Shown here: positions 50,631 to 60,285 of the stretch, one piece after another
How positions within the stretch are numbered: the first letter of the stretch is position 1
Layout: the number at the start of each line of letters is the position of its first letter
The notes under the pieces: generated by a model
What the model saw: only the letters and a program-made list of their open reading frames with translations
What the model was told of the DNA's origin: nothing
The model's database searches: none
Translations under genes and position numbers: made by a program
Assembly (NCBI GenBank): GCA_004431415.1
Contig: QPMI01000562.1
Span: 62,001 to 126,000 of the forward strand
Length of the DNA stretch: 64,000 nt
Direction: 5' to 3'
DNA from: Cyanophora paradoxa CCMP329
Taxonomy: Eukaryota; Plantae; Glaucophyta

Positions 50631-51566
50631 CGTCGCCACCCGAGCCGCGCGGGCGGCCGGGCACCGTCCGTCGGTGGATCACGCGTAAGGCACGATCCAA
50701 GCCCCGACGGTGCGGTGGGCCTGCAGCGCGAGCGCCAGCAGGCCGGGGCGTTCCTGCGCGAGCTCCGCCGGCGTGGCGCGGCGGCGGCGTCCGGTTCGAG
50801 CGCCGAGGAGCTCCCGGATCATGCGCGCAGGGAATGGTCAGGGATCCGGAGGAATCGCGCGGCGGGTCTCAATACACGCTTATAGAGTGTATAGGCAAGC
50901 CGGCGGCCGCGGACTGACGGTGGGCCCCCGGGATAGCCAGCGCGCGCTGGATGCGAGCGTGGCGGGCGGGCCCGGACGTGAATCCACGTACCGGCACGGC
51001 AGTAAGGCACCAGATTCAAGCGTGAATCGGGGCCCGGGGCCGATTCCGGGAGGATCGCTGGGAACAGGGTTTGCTCCGGCCAGCCAACGAGGCAGAACTG
51101 CTTCACAGTTGCTGCCGCGGGATCACGCTCCACTGCAGCTAGCCATGGTGCTGCAGAGTTGGGTCGGCTCCGTGCAATAGGAGGGACGGCCGAGATGTGC
51201 GGCCGCCGGTCCGACAGGGCTGTTTAGGAGTGATTGCTGTGCTGGCTGTGGCGATTTCGCTTCGCCGCTGGTCGCTTCGTGGCCTGGAGCGGCCGCGAGC
51301 GAAGCAGGGCGTGAAGGGAAACCCCGAATCAGCGTACCCCCCGGAGCTCGGCGGCTTCAAGCCCGCCGGCTCGGCCCAACGGCTAGCTCAGCTAGTCCCT
51401 TGCGGGGCGCTCGCTGCCGCCTGCTGCTCATCCCGTGCTCGCCTCGCGCCGCTCTGCGGCTAGCGAGTCGCTCAGCTCTTTCGTGCCTGGCGTTCGGCTA
51501 CGGTCTTCTTTACTCGCATTCAGTCGGCGCAAAACTCGATTTACGCATTGAGAGCGCAAATCCCGA

Positions 51567-52199
51567 GCACCGCGATGACGGGAATGGCACTCGGCGCTGC
51601 AGCACTCAGCGCAGTCTCGGCGATCGTGCCGCCCGTGCCATCGCGAGGTCGCCGTGGATCAGTGTATGCCTCGGGAATCCCGCCTCGCAGAAGATCGAGT
51701 GTGAGTCCCGAAGCCGCCCGGACGGCGGCCGCGGCAGAGAGCCGGGCGAGGAAGTTCAGTACCGCATCCGTCGGGGCAGAATCGCCGACGAGCGAACGAC
51801 GCGACAAGCGCCGCTCCAGCGTCCACTCGACGAGCTCCAATGCGGGCCGCACGCACAGCTATAGCCCCGTCAGGCGCCGCGGGTCGCTTGCGTACGCTTC
51901 CGGCGTCCCGCCGGGAGGGAGGCGTCCATCGGAAACGCCCTCCAAACACGGCGCATCCGAGCCTCTCTCCGCCAGCGACATCTACCTCCATCTCGCGCAG
52001 CAGCGGAGGCGCTGCAGCGTTGACCCCGCTTCGTTCGATCACGCTGCGGCGGCGGCTGCCGCGACTGCCGCCGTCGCGGCGGAGCGCGCCCTGCAGCTCG
52101 CCAGGCCGAGCGTTGACAAGACGTCCACGTCTAGTCACCCAGGTCATCATCACAGTGCTCGGCGCATCGCCCATTCTGAACGCCACTACATCCCATCGT
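51567..52199 (+). pseudogene. Segment 3 of the interrupted host gene (Ser/Arg-rich, likely cytoplasmic)
   Basis: Open frame (G)TAMTGMALGAAALSAV...RHYIPS, in frame with both neighbouring segments. Confidence 0.75.
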
Positions 52200-52603
52200 A
52201 GCTCAGCACTGCGCCGTGTCTCCAAAAAAATACCCGCGAAAAAATCAAAAACAAATCAGAAAACAAACCATTCCCAGTAACCCAATCTTGAATATCAGTA
52301 AATCTCAGTAAGCCTCAGTAACAAAAATTGAATTAATCGAAGTTATATCATAATCTCGATTAATTATATCTTATCGAAGTTATATCTTTTTTATGCGCCG
52401 TGTCTCCAAAACAATTCCCAAGAAAAACAAACCATTCACAGTAACCCAATTCCAAATCTCACTAAATCTCAGTAAGCCTCAGTAACAAAAATCGAATTAA
52501 TCGAAGTTATATCTTAAATCTTATTTATCGAAGTTATATCATAATCTCGATTAATTATATTTAATCGAAGTTATTTCCTTTTTATCCGCCGTGTCTCCCA
52601 TGA
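52200..52603 (+). repeat. Left terminal inverted repeat
   Basis: AGCTCAGCACTGCGCCGTGTCTCC...CCGTGTCTCCCATGA; reverse complement of 63258-63661 with few mismatches. Confidence 0.95.
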
Positions 52604-52604
52604 T

Positions 52605-53664
52605 TTAGCGTTTCGTTAAACCACTTCTCAGATTGTATCTTCTCCTTACAACATTACTTCGATTGGGTTTTATGCCTTCCTTTGCTACCAATCGATTCAC
52701 TTTATTCGTCTTATTAACCTGCTGAATTCTTTTTTGCGATGGATCTTTATGATATCATCTTTATTCACCTTTTGCAATTCTTGCTTCTTAAATCTCCTCT
52801 TCACTTCTTTCGTTTCCTCACCATCATTATCTTCAAGCACTTTGAAACGATTCCTATCAGCCTTTGCAACAGTGTAGACCTTCTGACTGAATTGCGCACC
52901 TTCTTTTTCAAATAACCCCTTTGGTTGCAAAACTCGAACTGTGTCTCCTGGTTTCACTTGATTAGTATCAGCCTCCTTTACACGATTGTTGTGAACAGTA
53001 TCCCTCATGTAAATAAATAACTGTTTATCTTCATTTGTATACACTGCATTTGGAGAGTCATTTTTCAATGCAGAATGGGGACTGCTATTATACAAGTCAA
53101 TTACATCACTAAGTAGATCGATCCATTTCGTGGTTCCCTTTGCTGTCATCGATTTTCTGAGATACTGTTTGAAAGTCCTAGTGAACCTATCAATTATCCC
53201 CAGTTTATCTCCTACTGTGATGTGGTCATCCTTTGCCACATCTGTGTATAGCATTACACCATGTTCACTGCACCAATTTCGGTATACTGCCTGGGAAAAC
53301 TCATTATCCCAGAGAGAGCATTAACTTTGCCTGCTTCTTGCTTGAACCTATTTAAAATGCTCGGGATCTCACTGCTGTTTTTAAAAGGATAAACAAATCC
53401 TTTGCGACTAAGTATGTCTACGAAACTAAGCATTTTGAAAATGCCATTGTTGGCAGTCTGAAACCCTCTGAAATATGTTATATCGATTTGAAACGATCTA
53501 GGCTTTGCCACTATGCGAAGAAACGATTTGGGTTTCCTTGGTTTCTTGTAAATTTGCTGGAGTTCTGAGTTTTTGAACTTCTTTTTCAACTCTTTTTCAT
53601 CAAAACTCACTTTTTCATTAATCAGTTTCTGCCTATACTTTTTGAATGATAATACACTATCCAT
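52605..53664 (-). CDS. Retroviral-like (rve) integrase, split by apparent homopolymer frameshifts
   Basis: FQIDITYF..FVDILSRK; SG-DNEF restored by +1 G at ~53309; LGIIDRFTRTFK; WIDLL..YNSSPHSAL; SH3-like PGDTVRV. The tail RRYNLRS..KR* is in a shifted frame ending at 52605. Confidence 0.92.
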
Positions 53665-56600
53665 TATTGGGCGGCACAGTTACACTTAATATGAGAGAGG
53701 AAACAATTTTTGGTAATGTGAGCCACAGCATTATTAATTCGATCTACCGAAATATCTTCAAAGTCCATGGCATTGTAGCATCGCAGGCAATGCCCATACT
53801 GCTTCCCATATCGCTGCTTGATCCAATCCCATGTGATGTAATCATGCTCATCGAATTGTCTGTTTGCTGCTCGGTCCTGATCCTTGTAAGTCGAAATCTT
53901 CTCGTTATTCTCTCTTTTCCACACTTTCCAGTGAGCCATTTCGAAATTATCATGGTAAATAACAACATCATCCAGCCTTGTGGTTCGAGTGAGAGCAACA
54001 TATAGCCACTTCTTTGAAACAAATGGCGCCCCAGTTTCGAACACGACTACCCTGTTCCCTTTGCAGCGAATCGTATCACCTTGAACAACATGGCAGGTGT
54101 TTGCGTAAGCCAGGGCGAAATGTTTGACTGCATCCCTGCTGAGAACAATCTCATCCTTCTTGTTGGCAATGTCAGCAATAATGAAACTGTCCTTTGAGAG
54201 CTTGACAATCTTGTAGACAAATCCATTATGAACTATCTTCCCACCCTTTGCAATACGAGTCTTTGCAACAACTTTGATCCCGCCAGCATAAATGGAAACA
54301 TTATCCCCGTAGTTCATTTTGTGAAGGGCTAGGTTCACCTCTGCACCCTTGCGGTTTGTATACACAATGCCTTTATCTGTCTTTGCCAATTCGTCCACAA
54401 CCTTGAACCCGTACTTTGCTAGGACCTCACTTACACTCAAACCTTTCTCGAATAAATCAATTCGAATTTGCTCAACCTTTCTGCGATCTTCCTCAGTCTC
54501 ATGGCGCTTGTTCACTTGGAGTAACAATTCGTTGGGGAACAGGCGATGGAGGATATCAAGGTAATACTCATCTTGATCAACACTCATATCCTGAATGGGT
54601 GGGTTCTGATACGGGTCACCTGTGGCAATGTATACCTTATCTGGGAACTGCTCATTCATGATGTGGTCCAGGGCTGCCAGTTCTCCAATCTTAAACTGAC
54701 AGATCTCATCAATAACAATGCAATCAAATTCTACCAAACCAGATGCATTCCCTCCTACGATTTCATCCATGTTCGACTCATCGATTTTGAGATGAAGGGC
54801 ATCATAGATTGTCTTCACATTTTTCAATCCTTGCTCTTTCATTTCCTTCACTCGCTTGTTGGTCGGAACAATATAGAGGGGATTTTTGAAACGCTTCCCA
54901 TATTCAACTGTCATGTGAGTCTTTCCAACTCCTGGAACTGATCCGAGAAGAACCCATCGTTTTTGTGTAGCCAGCAAATCACAAATCGCGGTTGTGTCAT
55001 ACTCATCAACCACAGAGTGTTTGGTATAACTGTAGTTCTCGATTTTCACAAAGTCAGTCGCTCTCTCAAACTTTCCGTAACGAATTCGTTTTGCCTCGAG
55101 GTCTTTCTTCTCACCTGAAAACTTTTTAGAAAAATTGGGGCAGCATTTCACACTGAATTTTCCAATATTCTCAAAGGCATTGCGATCGAATGACACTGGG
55201 GCAATGGGTTCATAAGCGATCCCATAAACACAATCGGTGTTCAAAGCGAGTGGTCGGATCTGCTGTTTAGCGAGTTCGACACACTTCTCATACATACACA
55301 TCCTCATAATTGACAAGAGGGTAGTGTACAATGGCATGAAGCCATCAATGAGCTGCTTTTCTGCTACCTGATTGACATAGTAGATATGGGGTTCGGTCAT
55401 CTCTTCCTCACACAGAACGAACTCTGTCTCCTCATAAGTGGCAAGAGTCTCACCAAAGAGGTAAATTTTAACCTCCCCTCCGTTCTGTTTCTGGAACTCG
55501 ATCGCATCGTCTCTGTTGTGGAAAATGGTGGTTTTCACTCTGCTATTTCGTTGCTTTCCAGTTTGCCCAATTGCACTCACCAAGATCTGCTTCTTATCAA
55601 CAGGATCGAGGTCGCTATCTAAGATTCGAGCAACTGTGTTGCCTGCAAGGTTGGGAATGAGTTTGTAAGGTCGCAGAACCGCTTTGATGGAGATGTCATC
55701 CTTGAAATCCTCGAAATGCTTTTTGAGAACCAAACCAGGAACGACATTGTACTTGGAATCAATGATCATCCTCTTGTATCTGTTGTAGGTGTTTGCTTCG
55801 TACTCCTTTCCGTTCTTGTCTTTGGCTTTGAAAAAGTATTTGTCGTCCAGTTTCACGTAATAGAAGCTGTATTCCTCGATTTGCTCTGCATCTGTGATTG
55901 TCACACTCTTGAAGACATCGAACTTGCTGAGAACAGGAACGAATTTGATCATCAAGGCTACAATGTAAGGGTATGCTTTGCACATATCGAACTCGTAAAT
56001 ATCTGTGTTATAGCGAATTTCATCAAAGGTCTCCTCATCCACATCAAAGAGACCACGAAGGGCAGTCTGCACTCCATTCTTGAATGCATTTATGGTTTGC
56101 TCATTGTAAGTACTCTTGTTGGAAGTGTTGATTAGAGACCTATACATATCCAGATTTAGTTTCTCGAATTTATCTCTGTACTCAGCATTCTTGAAGCTAA
56201 TCTCGAAAGCTGTTTCCACATCTGTATCGTTACCAGGTGGGGTCACGACAACATCCTTATCGTCAATAGTGAAACGAATATGGGTTGCCTTTCCGATTTG
56301 GGAGAACCCAGGTTGGACCTGATAATTATGCACCACAATGAACTCTCTGAGTAGTTCATCCAGTGAACCACCATAGCAGATTCGAATGCTCGATTGGTTC
56401 TTTGGATTGTCAGACCTGACAATTCTCAGAATGTCATCGGGATTTGTGGCAAACTCCTTGAACCTTCTTTGCTTTATAATCTTGTAACGAGAACTGAGTG
56501 GAACATTGGTATCTTTTGGCTTGGAGCCATTGAAGGACTGTGTGAGAGCCTTAATATTGTGATTTAACAAATACATGTGACCATTCTCAATCTTCACATA

Positions 56601-56927
56601 TGCAACAGAAGGGGTCAAGTGTGTGTTCCTGGTCTTGGGCAGGAAAGTCAGTTCAGGGACAGGGGTCCTGTCGTCCTTTCCAATTGTAACCATGCCTAGG
56701 CGCAGTGGGTCAAGAACCTTCTCCGAAATGGACTTGAAAGAAATGCCCCAATCATCTCCTTCAACAGGGTCGCGCCCATTTACCATCTTAAAAAGTCCAT
56801 TGTAAGACCAATCGATGCGCTTGTATTTCCCTTTGGTCTTAGCCTTCTCAAATGCTCCTCCAAACCATTTGATGAGGACATCGAAAACACACTTGCCAAC
56901 CTTGAATGAGTTGCCTTTCAAGAACAT
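53664..56927 (-). CDS. Family B DNA polymerase-like / SF1 helicase / HNH-like fusion protein
   Basis: PolB-like FDMCKAYP, KQILVSAIGQTGK, LNTDCVY. SF1 GVGKT, IDEI, GDPYQNPP, TCHVVQGDT, YVALTR. C-terminal CLRC..SVDRINN..H...NC...H..CN. Confidence 0.9.
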   Translation of the reverse strand: MFLKGNSFKVGKCVFDVLIKWFGGAFEKAKTKGKYKRIDWSYNGLFKMVNGRDPVEGDDWGISFKSISEKVLDPLRLGMVTIGKDDRTPVPELTFLPKTRNTHLTPSVAYVKIENGHMYLLNHNIKALTQSFNGSKPKDTNVPLSSRYKIIKQRRFKEFATNPDDILRIVRSDNPKNQSSIRICYGGSLDELLREFIVVHNYQVQPGFSQIGKATHIRFTIDDKDVVVTPPGNDTDVETAFEISFKNAEYRDKFEKLNLDMYRSLINTSNKSTYNEQTINAFKNGVQTALRGLFDVDEETFDEIRYNTDIYEFDMCKAYPYIVALMIKFVPVLSKFDVFKSVTITDAEQIEEYSFYYVKLDDKYFFKAKDKNGKEYEANTYNRYKRMIIDSKYNVVPGLVLKKHFEDFKDDISIKAVLRPYKLIPNLAGNTVARILDSDLDPVDKKQILVSAIGQTGKQRNSRVKTTIFHNRDDAIEFQKQNGGEVKIYLFGETLATYEETEFVLCEEEMTEPHIYYVNQVAEKQLIDGFMPLYTTLLSIMRMCMYEKCVELAKQQIRPLALNTDCVYGIAYEPIAPVSFDRNAFENIGKFSVKCCPNFSKKFSGEKKDLEAKRIRYGKFERATDFVKIENYSYTKHSVVDEYDTTAICDLLATQKRWVLLGSVPGVGKTHMTVEYGKRFKNPLYIVPTNKRVKEMKEQGLKNVKTIYDALHLKIDESNMDEIVGGNASGLVEFDCIVIDEICQFKIGELAALDHIMNEQFPDKVYIATGDPYQNPPIQDMSVDQDEYYLDILHRLFPNELLLQVNKRHETEEDRRKVEQIRIDLFEKGLSVSEVLAKYGFKVVDELAKTDKGIVYTNRKGAEVNLALHKMNYGDNVSIYAGGIKVVAKTRIAKGGKIVHNGFVYKIVKLSKDSFIIADIANKKDEIVLSRDAVKHFALAYANTCHVVQGDTIRCKGNRVVVFETGAPFVSKKWLYVALTRTTRLDDVVIYHDNFEMAHWKVWKRENNEKISTYKDQDRAANRQFDEHDYITWDWIKQRYGKQYGHCLRCYNAMDFEDISVDRINNAVAHITKNCFLSHIKCNCAAQ

Positions 56928-57712
56928 TTCCCTGAATGTAGTGGCTTGGGGTTCCCTTCGTTTTTAATGAAATTCGAAATAATCATGGAGCGTTTGTATT
57001 GTCTCTGAGGACTTGTTCATTTCTTGGGATGTATTCTTCATTATCTGTCGTGATGACTCTTTCAATTGTCATAATATCAGGGTAGGTATCTTGCTCAATT
57101 AGTTTTAGGTAGCGGAAATCTTGATTGTTCGAGTTAAACTCAATAACTGCTGCAATAAATTCAGCAATGACAGTCCCTCAACACATGGGAACGTATTGAA
57201 GGTGGATTGAACCAGACCGAGAGCATTCAGAAAAGCTGCCTTGGTACACTGGATACCAAAGGGCGATTGTTCCGAAGCCTCTTCGATTCGATGTAGGTCA
57301 CACCATTCTCAGTCACTCTGTTCGCATTTGCGGGAGCCTGTTCGCCCTCTTGCAACTCACGGAAGAGTCTCACATTCAGGGTGACCATGTTTCCAGGTGA
57401 GTTTTCAACAAACTCACGAAGGTTAGCCATCATCTGCTGGAAAGGAGTCAATCGCTTCCGCTCCCTCGCTTGCTCTGCTTTCTTGTTTTGCTTCTCAACA
57501 TTCTTAGCGGCTCTCTCAGCCCTCTTCTCCTTCTTCTCTTGCTTGCGGACCACACGAGGATTGATGATACCATTGAGAGTATCGCGAATATCAATCAATG
57601 ATTGCAAGCGGAGCCTGCGGTTGATCGTCCTTTCCGAAAAGTAATTCACTTGCTCCTCGCTCAGAATCTTATTTGCAATTCTGTTTCCAGGGCGAGGCAT
57701 TTCTTCGTTCAC
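56928..57712 (-). CDS. Probable N-terminal extension of the PolB-helicase gene (161-aa ORF plus frameshifted continuation)
   Basis: MNEEMPRP... ORF; protein-like reading continues to 56927 if about 4 single bases are added in short runs. No AT-rich intergenic gap is present. Confidence 0.6.
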
Positions 57713-57941
57713 TCTATTAATATATACCTACAAAAGTTTTCCTTAAATACTTTTATACTCGCGTCAATTTTTTCCGGCAAAACCAAAAGTCTCCGACAAA
57801 ATAAATTTAGTCGAGGGCATTCATAAAAATAACAAAGGGTTGGCTCGATCATCGAACTCTAAAAATAACAGAATGATTATATTTGTGGTTCCAGCGCGTT
57901 TCCCACGGGTTTCTCAGAGCAGATCGCGCTGAGAAAAACGA

Positions 57942-58198
57942 TTAACAGAGATATTTCGATTTGCGACCACGGTTAGAATACGGGACACCATAGAGATACT
58001 TCACAAAGCAGACTGCATTGGAAGCATAGAGACGCTGGGAACTCTCAACGATCTTCATGGCTCTGTAACACTCATCAGTATGGTATAAGTCACGCATTTG
58101 CTTTGCAAATCTGGCATTGTACTTTTCAAATATTCCTGACCTTTTTCAGTTTTACGATAACGATAAGTAGCACGCTTCTGAGCCTCACTGATTGGCAT
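57942..58198 (-). CDS. Small basic viral protein (~85 aa after one +1 A correction)
   Basis: MPISEAQKRATYRYRKTEKGQEYLK-KYNARFAKQMRDLYH...SKYLC*; preceded by an AT-rich promoter-like stretch; absent from the ORF track. Confidence 0.6.
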
Positions 58199-58547
58199 GT
58201 TGTCCTTTTCTACTCTCTTAATATATGTTAAGAAATCTTTAAGTAGTTTTTCTGTCTGTATATAGCGAATAAACTCCTGTCAAATTTTGGTCCCGATTGC
58301 AGAGCATCCAGTACGAAAGAAGATGCTGGAAAAATGATAAAGCCACCGATACCCAGAAGGTTCACTTGTCGGCTGCAAGTTTCTACCACTGAACCCGGTA
58401 GAACAGGTGATTAAAGTGATTTACCTATGGATATTTCACTTCGCTCTACAACGCCTCCATAAAAATGAAGAAGTTTTGAGCCTACGGGATAGGATTGGTT
58501 ACGTAGCGCTAACAATGTTTGAGAAATTATATTATTCAGATTGATCC

Positions 58548-59309
58548 TTAACGGCGATAACCGGGTCTTATACCAAGCTTGGCGAATCCAGAGACCATTG
58601 GGGCAGCATTTGGAATCGAGTTGACTGGATCAGCCTGCGAAGTGGCAACCCGAAGGATCGACTTATTGAGAACCGGCAAATCCGTTTTGTTGGAGTCTTG
58701 ATACTCAATGGTCTTTGCAATCAATTCTGTAGGTGAGTCTTTTGCCACATGAACAGGTTCGGGAATAACTTCATGGGTTACTTCTGGTTTCTTCTCAACC
58801 TTTTCCTTTGTGATTGGCTGTTCCTTGATCTTGTTTTCGTTTTTGGTCTCTGCTGCAATACCATCAACAAGACTCTTAGCATACTGATATGTTACAGATT
58901 TCAGTCCACCAGTGGTTGAACGAATAAAGTAGCGGTTGCGATGGTCTTTCTCGGAATAGGTTGAGTAGAGTCGCTCACCACCATCAAGCAGTTTCAGCAG
59001 TGTCGATGATGAGGCAACCTTGTCCTTTGTGGATGATTTGAACTGTCCTTTCTTGATTCCTCGTTTGGCTCCGGGCATGCGGTTCAGTGGGACTTGGTCA
59101 ACAAGGGCATTATCATCATTACTGTTTTTCGTAGTGGCTTGGGTGAATTGGTTTCGTTCTTTATGGACTTCCTTTTCGAGGTCACCAGTTCCGTATGCAG
59201 CGAGTCCTTTCGATTTCTTATACCAGTTCCTTCCATTCTCACCATTGCCAACATCCGCTTCAGCGGCTGGTTTGGCTAAGAAATTCTTGGGTTGAGTCTT
59301 GCGAGCCAT
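58548..59309 (-). CDS. Hypothetical Lys-rich viral protein (253 aa), possible core/DNA-binding protein
   Basis: Intact ATG-to-stop ORF directly downstream of mCP; no recognised motif. Confidence 0.75.
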   Translation of the reverse strand: MARKTQPKNFLAKPAAEADVGNGENGRNWYKKSKGLAAYGTGDLEKEVHKERNQFTQATTKNSNDDNALVDQVPLNRMPGAKRGIKKGQFKSSTKDKVASSSTLLKLLDGGERLYSTYSEKDHRNRYFIRSTTGGLKSVTYQYAKSLVDGIAAETKNENKIKEQPITKEKVEKKPEVTHEVIPEPVHVAKDSPTELIAKTIEYQDSNKTDLPVLNKSILRVATSQADPVNSIPNAAPMVSGFAKLGIRPGYRR

Positions 59310-59345
59310 TTGTAATATTGAAACAAATTTATTCTACAGTATTTC

Positions 59346-60233
59346 CTATGACCGTGAGAACGGCAGGTAGAGTCCCTCCAACTCTTTTATGACATTCTTC
59401 AATGCTTTTTTCGTCAGATCTTTATCATCTTCAGTAATCAGTTCAAGAGTCATCGACCAGTCGGTAGTAATGTCTGCTGTGGCTCCATTCCAGTAAGAAA
59501 GTCTCACATCTAGAGTCTCAACCTCAACCAAGCCATTCTGCTCGTGAACGATCATGGAATTATTCGATGAATCATATTTTAATAGACTGCCAACCGTTTG
59601 GTCAATCTCAATTTTCGCGATAGCATTGTTATCTCGTTTGTTATTGCTCACATATCTTCCTTTCAGTGGATCAACATGAAGAAGCAAATAGGAATTAAAT
59701 AGTAGATCTAATGGCATTTCACTATCAATGTAGTGAGCATAAGTAAAGGCTCCAACTGTGACATTAGATGATAGAGGACTCGATTGGTACAGTGTGTTAG
59801 CATTTTCAAAACCACAGAAATTGGCTAAGAGTTGAGTGTTCATAGTGATTGAGAATGGAACCTCACACATGAACCTTAGAAGCAATGTTGTGGGATCATA
59901 GGTTACATAGAAATGGCGAGTGTAAGTTCCGCCACCCGCTTGATTATAGGGCTGGGATCCAATGCGAGCGATCAGATAATTCACCAGTGAATCCGGTGTA
60001 TATGCACCTCGGAGGACTTCGTTGTTTCTATTCTTTGGGTTCCCAGCATTATCGAGTGTTTGTGTGGTGAGGGTTCCTACTTCAGAGAGGTTGTAAAGAT
60101 TGTGAAACATCTCAAAGTTCGTTACTCGACAGGCTCTGACCTTTTGGATCGCATAAGGGAGTCTGTATGTGAAATTAGTTGGGGTTCCATCCGATCGGTC
60201 CCTGGAATCAATATTGAGATAGTAACGCGTCAT
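59346..60233 (-). CDS. Minor capsid protein (penton, single jelly roll)
   Basis: N-terminal YLNIDSRDR..NFTYRL..YN and C-terminal LDVRL...G.....DWSMTLEL are typical of PLV/NCLDV pentons. Confidence 0.88.
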   Translation of the reverse strand: MTRYYLNIDSRDRSDGTPTNFTYRLPYAIQKVRACRVTNFEMFHNLYNLSEVGTLTTQTLDNAGNPKNRNNEVLRGAYTPDSLVNYLIARIGSQPYNQAGGGTYTRHFYVTYDPTTLLLRFMCEVPFSITMNTQLLANFCGFENANTLYQSSPLSSNVTVGAFTYAHYIDSEMPLDLLFNSYLLLHVDPLKGRYVSNNKRDNNAIAKIEIDQTVGSLLKYDSSNNSMIVHEQNGLVEVETLDVRLSYWNGATADITTDWSMTLELITEDDKDLTKKALKNVIKELEGLYLPFSRS

Positions 60234-60285
60234 TCTGTTTAATAAAGCATTTTAAAAATTTCTTTTGGTATTTTAAACATAAGAG

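Larger units (their letters stand above)
39989..51566 (-). mobile_element. Non-autonomous split-direct-repeat retroelement of the same family (11.6 kb), inverted
   Basis: B2 39989-40546, A2 41203-41518, B1 41519-42067, A1 51251-51566; no RT or YR motifs; no TSD; removal restores ATG GGC ACC GCG ATG. Confidence 0.92.

Noticed and set aside
42600-50700. Long Arg/Ala/Pro/Gly-rich ORFs (up to 678 aa) over the tandem arrays
   Set aside because: They are open in most frames on both strands because GC-rich repeats lack stops; unit lengths are not multiples of three; there are no domain motifs.
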